NCBI GenBank assembly: GCA_000965745.1
Contig: CP009479.1
Location: forward strand, 2,162,688-2,226,687
Direction of reading: 5' to 3'
Length of the DNA stretch: 64,000 bases
Source: an uncultured archaeon
Lineage (GTDB): Archaea > Thermoplasmatota > Thermoplasmata > Thermoplasmatales > Thermoplasmataceae
Shown here: piece by piece, positions 56,921-64,000 of the stretch
Layout of the letters: each line of letters begins with the position of its first letter
How positions within the stretch are numbered: position 1 is the stretch's first letter
The notes under the pieces: model-generated
What the model was told of the DNA's origin: nothing
The model's input: only the letters and a program-made list of their open reading frames with translations
Databases searched by the model: none
Position numbers and translations under genes: made by a program

Positions 56921-57813
56921 TCAATGAGTATGCTGGACGTGGGCTCTCAACGACCAGAATCCTGGAACTTCTAAGGATACCACGGAGCACATTCTATCAT
57001 TCATCGCCTGCATTGCATCTCAAGAGAGGGAGGAAGCCTTCATCGATGACTGAACGCATTGTTGGCCAGGATATCATAATGATTCCCGATGATCAGGTCC
57101 TTGCCGACATCATTGAGTTGCTGTCAAGGGAATTTGTATGCTATGGATACAGGAAGGTCACCAAACATTTGCAGCGCACTGGCTACAGGATCAACAGGAA
57201 GAAGGTCTTCCGCATCATGAAAGAGAACCATCTTCTCAACCACACATACAACTACCGCAGCCCTGCAAAGAGGGTGGTTGAATCCATTGTCAGGGTTCAT
57301 AACCCGAATAAAGTCTGGGAGATGGACATCAAGTATGTGTACATACAGGGAGAGAATCGGACAGCATACCTGTTTGCAATGATTGACTGTTATACAAGAG
57401 AAGTTGTCGGAAAGTACCTGGGATACCACTGCACCTCTTCAGATGTGAAGATGGCAATGGATTTTGCCTTCATGGACAGGGGAATAGAGGCAATATCCAG
57501 TGTCAGGATCCGCAGTGATAATGGGACTCAATTCGTATCACGGATAGTGGAGCTGTTTCTCGCTTCATCCCATATCGAACATGAGAGGATCCATCCTGCA
57601 ACGCCCAAGGAGGACGGTTTCATCGAATCCTTCAATTCCATCCTTGAGAAGGAAGTGATCAGAAGGTTCGAGTTCTCTTCATTCCAGGATGCTGATGACA
57701 CCATTGATAGGTTCATTGCATTCTACAACAACGAGAGACTACACTCAGCCATAGGCTATAAAGCACCAAGGGAGGTTTATGAAAGATGGAAAGAAAATCT
57801 AATAGAAGAATGA
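56917..57813 (+). CDS. IS3 transposase OrfB (DDE)
   Basis: YGYRKV, WEMDIKY, SDNGTQF, IESFN, YNNERLHSAIGY..P; -1 frame relative to OrfA. Confidence 0.93.
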   Translation: MINEYAGRGLSTTRILELLRIPRSTFYHSSPALHLKRGRKPSSMTERIVGQDIIMIPDDQVLADIIELLSREFVCYGYRKVTKHLQRTGYRINRKKVFRIMKENHLLNHTYNYRSPAKRVVESIVRVHNPNKVWEMDIKYVYIQGENRTAYLFAMIDCYTREVVGKYLGYHCTSSDVKMAMDFAFMDRGIEAISSVRIRSDNGTQFVSRIVELFLASSHIEHERIHPATPKEDGFIESFNSILEKEVIRRFEFSSFQDADDTIDRFIAFYNNERLHSAIGYKAPREVYERWKENLIEE

Positions 57814-57863
57814 GCATGACTCATAAGCCAATCCTGTCCACAATTAGGGGACCAAACCACAGA

Positions 57864-58586
57864 CTAATACAATTCAGATGTTATTCTAACGTCATTTATG
57901 TTGTAGTCGATGTATTTCTCGTTGATTTTCCCATGCTGTTCAATCTGAGTTTTTCTTGAAACGCTAAAATCCCTGCATGCAGAATCCAGAGAATGTGATC
58001 TGTCAGTTAAAGCAAAAGTGAGGGTCTTGAGGTCAACAAAGTATCCGGAATAATGCCTGTATTTCTTGTCGCTAGCTTTTCTCATGGGTTTCGCAAAGGA
58101 AATGAAAGACCTTTTCTGGTCTATGTTCTGTATCCGAATTCGTGGATTCCTCACATCCTCTGACAGCTTCAGTGAAAATCCGTCTTTTGTTTTGCGTGAG
58201 ATTCCATATCCAATGGCCAATCTTGACAGGTCAAAGGGCAAATTGAAGCCAATGACCTCAGCCCGCATTCTGAATGCGTATGGGTAGAACACATTATCCA
58301 CAAAGTCCCTGATTCGCATAACAACTATGTTATTCTCAGACCCGTAATCTTCTATGATTTTCCCGTCATTATCAGAAATATCACCATAAAACAGATACCA
58401 GTCCTCTTTGAAGCCGGTGCTAATCCTTGTTCTGATAAGACATGATCCAAAATTCAGGTTCTGATACTGGTCTGTGGTGGTTTCAGTATCAAGAATCAAA
58501 ACGATGTTTGAATTGTGAGATTCCGGTTCTTTGTGTTTGAGTTCCGACCTGTTATCTGTGTATGCCCTCACAAAGATATCGCTCAC
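57864..58586 (-). pseudogene. polB: Casposon family-B DNA polymerase, N-terminal 3'-5' exonuclease fragment
   Basis: ExoI LDTETT, ExoII GFNLPFDL, ExoIII YNINDV; ends 2 bp from IS right end. Confidence 0.87.
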
Positions 58587-58984
58587 AGGATCACCGGATA
58601 TCTTGATGTCAGGTATTCAGCAATCCTCTTGTATATGCCAATACCAGTTCTTTCATGCTTCAATTCACAAATGTCAATAATTCCCCTCTCCAAGAGAATT
58701 TCAGAATTCTGGTAATTCCATAATCTATGTTTGTCTGTTAGCTTCCTATGACATTCCAAACATACCGTTATAACCTCGTTGCCATGACTCCTGCCTCTGA
58801 TGTGATGTACTTCCAACTTTATTGGTGATCTGCAAATCTCACACTCGTTCTTTTTGTCTCTATGTTCATTCTCTAAAATATCTGTTATCCAGTCTTTTGC
58901 CTCTTGGTATTCATTGTCTACTATTTCCTTTGCTCTGAACAGGGTCTCGAATATTGTGCTGGATATGGATATCTTGGAAATCAA
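58583..58984 (-). CDS. HNH endonuclease
   Basis: CEIC...LEVHHI......N..TVC..CH. Confidence 0.85.
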   Translation of the reverse strand: MISKISISSTIFETLFRAKEIVDNEYQEAKDWITDILENEHRDKKNECEICRSPIKLEVHHIRGRSHGNEVITVCLECHRKLTDKHRLWNYQNSEILLERGIIDICELKHERTGIGIYKRIAEYLTSRYPVIL

Positions 58985-59631
58985 GACTTGTAAATCTCCC
59001 AGAATTCCGGTTCTTCCTGACTTTCAGCTATTTCGTAAAGCTTATCTGGGTCAGTTTCAAAGTGATGTAATTTACCATTTGCATCTTTGAAAGGTTTCTT
59101 GAATGGCTTCAAAACATCTGTGTTTCCTGTTCTCAGAAATTCTCTGATAGCAGAGTTATACTTTCCTATTCTTGATGCAGTTCGTGAATCTCTAACTTCA
59201 ATCCATGACTGTTTTCCATTTTCGTTTATGCTCATTACTCTTGATATTCTATCCTGAGACTTTGCAACCCATTTTCCTCTGATTTTTCTAAAAGAATTGG
59301 TGTTCTTGATAACTGTCTCTGGTGAAGTGTGCAACTCTCTAGATGCACTTGAAAGTGATTCTCCATTCCTGACTTTCCTCAGAACTTCAAGCGATTTTTC
59401 CCTTTGATTCAGGTCTTTCTTTGAAATGGATTTCCATGAACGTCTGTATATTGGTTCTGGTTTTGTTGCTGATACAACTCTTTCCCTGGATTTCGGATGA
59501 CCCCTAAGCTGTGATAATGAAGCGGTTGGATATTTTGCATGCAACCTGGCGATACGATTCCTGTAGGATTCTGATCCTTTGAAACTGGATAACCAATCCT
59601 GAAATGACCGGTATTCCGGTGAAAATGTCAT
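58981..59631 (-). CDS. Casposon-associated basic HTH protein
   Basis: GESLSSASRELHTSPETV HTH-like segment; 4-bp overlaps with neighbours. Confidence 0.65.
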   Translation of the reverse strand: MTFSPEYRSFQDWLSSFKGSESYRNRIARLHAKYPTASLSQLRGHPKSRERVVSATKPEPIYRRSWKSISKKDLNQREKSLEVLRKVRNGESLSSASRELHTSPETVIKNTNSFRKIRGKWVAKSQDRISRVMSINENGKQSWIEVRDSRTASRIGKYNSAIREFLRTGNTDVLKPFKKPFKDANGKLHHFETDPDKLYEIAESQEEPEFWEIYKS

Positions 59632-60101
59632 CTGAAATCGCCCTTGAGCAAGTTAAGGAAATTTTCATACGCAATGCTGTTAAACAGCTTCTCAAATAAT
59701 CTTATGTCAGACTCAAAAAACCGGTGTTTTTTGAAGATTTCAGCAAGGTTGGAGACTTCAATATCCGAGATGGGTTCTTTTGTTGTTAGTGAAGTAACAT
59801 TCTTATTGAGGGCCAAGGCAGTAAGAACTTCAAATATTACCCCGATTGTTTTTCCCCTGTACCAAAATGAATCACATTCTGACACTGACAAAATGTAAGG
59901 CTTCATTGACCTCTTACCTTTGAACTCAAGGCCATTCGGGTTAACCGTTATTGAATGCCCAAATGAATTCAGGAAATCAAGGTCATCCTTCTCAATTGAT
60001 ACGTTGTATAATCTGATTGAATGGGCATAGTGGATTTTATTCATTCTGTGAGCATTTGCATTTGGCTTGTGGGTCTGGTTATCCGCATAATCAGACATCA
60101 T
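59628..60101 (-). CDS. Hypothetical protein
   Basis: 157-aa ORF translationally coupled within the operon. Confidence 0.65.
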   Translation of the reverse strand: MMSDYADNQTHKPNANAHRMNKIHYAHSIRLYNVSIEKDDLDFLNSFGHSITVNPNGLEFKGKRSMKPYILSVSECDSFWYRGKTIGVIFEVLTALALNKNVTSLTTKEPISDIEVSNLAEIFKKHRFFESDIRLFEKLFNSIAYENFLNLLKGDFR

Positions 60102-60286
60102 TTTTTCTCACTCTCAGGATTCCAAATACCGAATGTCTCACGATTCAGCTTATTCCGTACAGAACCACATCTTGGGCATTTCACCCTGTACTTTGGAATG
60201 CCCTTGGAATAATTCCATTCATGTCCACAGACCAAGCATTTTACTGCTGTCTTCACAATTTTTTGTTTCCTCGCATTTATCACCAC
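60098..60286 (-). CDS. Small Zn-ribbon protein
   Basis: CLVCGHEW...CPRCGS; first gene of the leftward operon. Confidence 0.72.
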   Translation of the reverse strand: MVINARKQKIVKTAVKCLVCGHEWNYSKGIPKYRVKCPRCGSVRNKLNRETFGIWNPESEKK

Positions 60287-60288
60287 AT

Positions 60289-60339
60289 CACATATTATGT
60301 GGAAATATTCTAATAGACAGTTGACTATACTTTAGTCAA
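60289..60339. promoter_or_regulatory. Divergent control region with two palindromes
   Basis: CACATA-T-TATGTG (60289-60301) and TTGACTA-N5-TAGTCAA (60321-60339). Confidence 0.65.
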
Positions 60340-60968
60340 TGGCTTATGACAAATTCCGAACTCAAAAGGAAACGAAAGACAAGAATGAGAGGAAAATTTT
60401 GAATTTGCTCTATGATTCACCAATGAGATTCAAGGACTTACTTGAAGAAACAAGACTGTCAAGAGCTGGTCTTGATATTATATTGAAAAGACTTCAAGAC
60501 ACAAAACAGATAGAATCCATTATCGATGGTGGGAAACCTGCTTATTCACTAACAAAGAAAGGGGAGAAAACAGTCAAATCTATCCCCATTATTCAGGATA
60601 ACATAGAATCGATACTCAATGTAAAACACGAATATTCCAATGAAATGGGAAAATTTCGTCTTGGATATAAGGGAATAGACTTTGATGTGTTGAGGGATGC
60701 CCAAGTAGATGCCAACCTCACAAACACCTTTGAGGAAATTGCCAAGGAATGTCTCAAGAAATCCGAGAATACAATAGCAGATATTCCTGATATTGTCAGG
60801 GATAAATCAGAACTCAAAGGAAAAATGGTTCTTGCTCTCACAATAGATTTTGATGACATGAGAGAGCAATTTATGAAAAGAAACAATAAAGCTTGGAAAA
60901 AATTTGGCCTGAAATGGGAAAATGAGGAAGGTTGGGAAAGACTATTATCAGGGGAGGATCCAAAATGA
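60339..60968 (+). CDS. wHTH (MarR/ArsR-like) transcription regulator
   Basis: KIL.LL...PMRFKDL...T.LSRAGL...LKRL...Y.LT.KG. Confidence 0.8.
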   Translation: MAYDKFRTQKETKDKNERKILNLLYDSPMRFKDLLEETRLSRAGLDIILKRLQDTKQIESIIDGGKPAYSLTKKGEKTVKSIPIIQDNIESILNVKHEYSNEMGKFRLGYKGIDFDVLRDAQVDANLTNTFEEIAKECLKKSENTIADIPDIVRDKSELKGKMVLALTIDFDDMREQFMKRNNKAWKKFGLKWENEEGWERLLSGEDPK

Positions 60969-62230
60969 ACCCATTGCTGTTATCTGGATTTGGAATAAGC
61001 ATTGAGGTTAACAAAGCTCGCCTGACCATAAAGCAAAAGAATGACATTTTGACGTTTGAGCCTCACAGAATGCCATACGATTCCATTGTCATTGACGGTC
61101 ATTACGGTTCTATGAGTTTTGAGGCCATGCGTTGGTTATCCAAACATGATGTACCCGTAATTTTGTTAAACTGGAATGGCAATCTTTTATCAATAATGTC
61201 TCCAAAAGAGGGCAATAGTGGTCAACTGAGAATGAAACAGTACGAAAAATACCTTAAAAAAGAGGAAAGAACGGTAATAGCAGAAAAAATAATTAAAGAA
61301 AAAATAGGAAAATCGCTTGCTTTGCTTGAAAATTTAGCAGATTTTCATCAGGAAATAAACTTTGAAAAAATTAAAAAGGCATTTTCTAAGGAATTTGAGG
61401 ATTTTAACCTGAAAAAAGAGAAAATAAACATTCTAAAAGATGAAAAAACCAAGAAAAATAAAACAAATGCAGAAAAAAGGGATTTAAAAAAGAAAATAGC
61501 TGACCTAATGATGTATGAAGGCAGAATAGCATCAGCCTACTGGTCAGAATTGTCAGGAATTTTCAATAAAATAGCACCAGAATTTAATTTTGAGTCCAGA
61601 AAAAATCTCTCTTATTCCTGGAATATGAATGCATCAGACCCGATAAATGCACTACTGAATTATGGATATGCAATTCTTGAAGGAATGGTCAGAAAATACG
61701 TAAACACAATAGGGCTTGACCCATCTATTGGATTCTTGCATGAAATAGCACCCTCAAAATATCCACTGGTATATGATTTACAGGAATTGTTCAGACACGT
61801 TGTGGATTATTCGGTTATACAGATTCTTGAATCCGGTTTAAAAAAATCAGATTTCATTATCACTGAGAATTATCACATCCGGTTGAAGCCCAATACTGCA
61901 AGGTTATTGATTGAAAGAATAAAAGAGAATTTCAATCAACGTTATGATTTCAGAAATAAAAAGCATAGCCTTGAAAATATAATGCTTGAGAATATTCGGG
62001 AATTCAGCAAATATCTGGTGGATAAAAAAAATACACTTGATTTTGTAATGCCTGATATTGAGATAAAGAGGAATGACAGCACCAAGGTTCGGAAAAAAAT
62101 TGAGTCAATAACACCAGAGGGAAGAAAAAAACTAAAAATCAATAAATCTACATTGTGGTATCAGCAAAAGAAAATTAAAGAAGGGAAGCCGGTTAAACTC
62201 TATGAGAAGACTAAAGTGAGAATCTCATGA
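60965..62230 (+). CDS. cas1: Casposase (solo Cas1 with C-terminal HTH)
   Basis: YEG..A..YW, DPINALLNYGY, GLDP.IGFLH, LVYDLQELFR, C-terminal LKINKSTLWY; ATG 60965 overlaps upstream stop. Confidence 0.93.
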   Translation: MNPLLLSGFGISIEVNKARLTIKQKNDILTFEPHRMPYDSIVIDGHYGSMSFEAMRWLSKHDVPVILLNWNGNLLSIMSPKEGNSGQLRMKQYEKYLKKEERTVIAEKIIKEKIGKSLALLENLADFHQEINFEKIKKAFSKEFEDFNLKKEKINILKDEKTKKNKTNAEKRDLKKKIADLMMYEGRIASAYWSELSGIFNKIAPEFNFESRKNLSYSWNMNASDPINALLNYGYAILEGMVRKYVNTIGLDPSIGFLHEIAPSKYPLVYDLQELFRHVVDYSVIQILESGLKKSDFIITENYHIRLKPNTARLLIERIKENFNQRYDFRNKKHSLENIMLENIREFSKYLVDKKNTLDFVMPDIEIKRNDSTKVRKKIESITPEGRKKLKINKSTLWYQQKKIKEGKPVKLYEKTKVRIS

Positions 62231-63144
62231 ATAGCGGTAATTTTCCTAAATTTGATGAATTTTTATCCCCAATACTGAATTCCTGCAAGGATAGACAAGA
62301 GCATACACTTTCAGAGACCATAGAGAAAATGGCCACTGAATTCGGAATGAGTGATAACCAGAAAAATGCACTTTTACCAAGCGGTAAACGAACATATATT
62401 TATGACCGGGTTGAATGGGCCATCACTTATCTTGTTCAAGCGGGATTATTAGAAAGAACTGGACGGTCAAAGTTCAGAATTTCTGATGCTGGCTTGACAG
62501 AGCTTCCTGTGATGCCAAAAAAAATATCTCACTCCTATCTGCAAAAGTTTCCGTCTTTCGTAAGATTCAAGGAACTTCGACATCCAAAAAAACAAAATAC
62601 TGATGACTCAAATGGTATGACCCCCGATGAGGAACTAGAAGTTCTCTTTGAAAGAAGGGAAGACATTCTGATACAGAATTTGCTAAGTTCTATCTCCAAC
62701 ATCAAACCGTCAGACTTTGAAAGACTCATTATAGATTTGGTTCTTGCTCTTGGCTATGGCAAAAATCATGAAGAAATGGCTAGAGTTTTGGGGAAGTCAG
62801 GCGACCAGGGAGTTGACGGGGAGATATCTCAAGATAAATTGGGATTAGACAAGATTTATCTTCAAGCAAAAAAGTGGGATTCCAAAAGTTCAATTGGGTC
62901 TGGTCAAATAAGAGATTTCATAGGTGCGTTAACAATTAAGAACGCTCTAAAGGGGATTTTTATAACGACAGCTTCTTTTTCAAAGGATGCTAAAGAAACT
63001 GCCTTGAAAGATAACACTCACAAGATAGTTCTGATAGATGGAAATGAATTGGCAAGTTTGATGATTGAACATGGGATTGGAGTAAGAACTGTCAGAAATT
63101 ATGAATCAAAGGAAATTGATGAGGATTACTTTGAATCATTTTGA
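62227..63144 (+). CDS. mrr: Mrr-family type IV restriction endonuclease
   Basis: Mrr_N (LPSG....DRV.WA..YL..AGL) plus SGDQGVDG, YLQAKKW, GIFITT, LIDG. Confidence 0.93.
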   Translation: MNSGNFPKFDEFLSPILNSCKDRQEHTLSETIEKMATEFGMSDNQKNALLPSGKRTYIYDRVEWAITYLVQAGLLERTGRSKFRISDAGLTELPVMPKKISHSYLQKFPSFVRFKELRHPKKQNTDDSNGMTPDEELEVLFERREDILIQNLLSSISNIKPSDFERLIIDLVLALGYGKNHEEMARVLGKSGDQGVDGEISQDKLGLDKIYLQAKKWDSKSSIGSGQIRDFIGALTIKNALKGIFITTASFSKDAKETALKDNTHKIVLIDGNELASLMIEHGIGVRTVRNYESKEIDEDYFESF

Positions 63145-63158
63145 ATTGGTGAATTGAA

Positions 63159-64000
63159 ATGAAGAATTCCGGGGGTCACGAAGAATACAACATTGATTTC
63201 GAAAGAATTGTAGAGCTCATATCAAAATTTGAACATGCCAAGAAATCCGGTGAAATCAAGAATTACAATGAAGAATCAACAAAGAAGGATTTCATCTTAC
63301 CTTTGTTTGAAGCTCTTGGATGGAATGTATCCAATAGAGCCAAGAAAAACGATTCCATAAGTGCGGAAGAAACCATTTCCAAGAAGAGAGTGGATTATGG
63401 ATTCCGCATAAACGGTATTCCCAAGTTTTTCCTTGAAGCAAAATCCCTGAAAGAAGATTTCATACATACCAACAGGTCTTATGTCACACAGGCAATAGAT
63501 TATTCGTGGATGAAATCGTGCAGTTGGGCCATACTTACAAATTTTGAAACCATATCGGTAATAAATGCAGACATAAGAGAGAGCAATTTCACCAACAGTA
63601 TTTTCTTTACACTTCATCCAAGCGATTTCCTTAATGATGACAGATTCACACTACTTTCAAGAGATGCCATAGAGAACGGTGAGCTTGACAAACTTGCTAC
63701 AAAATGGGGAAGGAAACAGGTCAAAAATCCAATCAATAAACAACTTCTACAGGACATGATACATTTCCGTGAGATTCTTTCAAAGGATATTGTGAAAAAT
63801 AATCAAAACAAGCATCTAACTCAAGAAGATTTAGATGAATCGGTCCAAAGGATTCTTGACCGACTCATTTTCATAAGAAATGCTGAAGATAGGGAACTTG
63901 AAGAAAATCGTTTGCAGTCCGATCTAAGGCAATGGGCATCAAAAGGGAAGGGTCAACTGGTCAGAGAAATTTCAAAGGTATATGCTTATTTCGATCAACA
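63159..64000 (+). CDS. Type IIG/HsdR_N-like restriction-modification enzyme, N-terminal part (runs off window; absent from ORF track)
   Basis: NEESTK..FI.PLFEALGW, RVDY, FLEAK, QA..Y, ILTNFE, QRILDRLIFIR.AEDR; no stop to window end. Confidence 0.85.
   Translation, partial: MKNSGGHEEYNIDFERIVELISKFEHAKKSGEIKNYNEESTKKDFILPLFEALGWNVSNRAKKNDSISAEETISKKRVDYGFRINGIPKFFLEAKSLKEDFIHTNRSYVTQAIDYSWMKSCSWAILTNFETISVINADIRESNFTNSIFFTLHPSDFLNDDRFTLLSRDAIENGELDKLATKWGRKQVKNPINKQLLQDMIHFREILSKDIVKNNQNKHLTQEDLDESVQRILDRLIFIRNAEDRELEENRLQSDLRQWASKGKGQLVREISKVYAYFDQ

Larger units (their letters stand above)
56540..57861 (+). mobile_element. IS3-family insertion sequence (~1.32 kb)
   Basis: TG...CA ends; imperfect IRs sharing TGGACA..ATTGGCTTAT; orfA/orfB; higher GC than flanks; no flanking direct repeat. 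Confidence 0.92.
54240..64000. mobile_element. Casposon (family-2-like) integrated at tRNA-Pro; right end beyond window
   Basis: Solo Cas1-HTH, PolB, HNH and HTH genes; GGGGATATA terminus 10 bp after tRNA-Pro; abrupt shift to AT-rich DNA. Confidence 0.9.

Noticed and set aside
60965-62230. cas1 as part of a CRISPR-Cas locus
   Set aside because: No cas2, cas4, effector genes or repeat-spacer array in the window; the C-terminal HTH and PolB context indicate a casposase
63297-63617. 106-aa minus-strand ORF in the track
   Set aside because: Shadow of the plus-strand R-M ORF starting at 63159

Overview
Archaeal chromosome segment, most consistent with Thermoplasmatales (archaeal LonB, MCM, fibrillarin, Dph5, L18e-L13-S9-RpoN, NADP-glyceraldehyde dehydrogenase, trpB2-type trp operon). 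Bases 1 to ~54,230 are mostly housekeeping genes: an actinobacterial Sdh1-like succinate dehydrogenase operon, an hsp20 + heat-shock-regulator pair with a palindromic operator, enolase, aroC, alaS, aspS, an ABC exporter, sulredoxin, tRNA-Thr, MCM, trpBADFEGC-aroF, pyk and a ribosomal operon ending in tRNA-Pro(GGG). From 54,240 to beyond the window edge lies an AT-rich casposon integrated at the 3' end of tRNA-Pro. It carries a GGGGATATA terminus, a candidate 15-bp target site, a family-B DNA polymerase (split by an IS3 element and missing its catalytic core), an HNH nuclease, HTH and Zn-ribbon proteins, a divergent wHTH regulator with operator palindromes, and an intact-looking Cas1 casposase with C-terminal HTH. 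Its defence-type cargo is Mrr, a type IIG-like R-M enzyme and a HEPN-like orphan. A degenerate second copy of the polB 3' end next to the left terminus suggests cargo capture by recombination. Other oddities: a TFB lacking its Zn-ribbon, a site-2 protease lacking HExxH, an NfeD protease with a probable Lys-to-His catalytic change, an unannotated 46-aa ORF, and a hairpin-rich 0.6-kb intergenic region. Family assignments rest on motif recognition only; no database searches were run.
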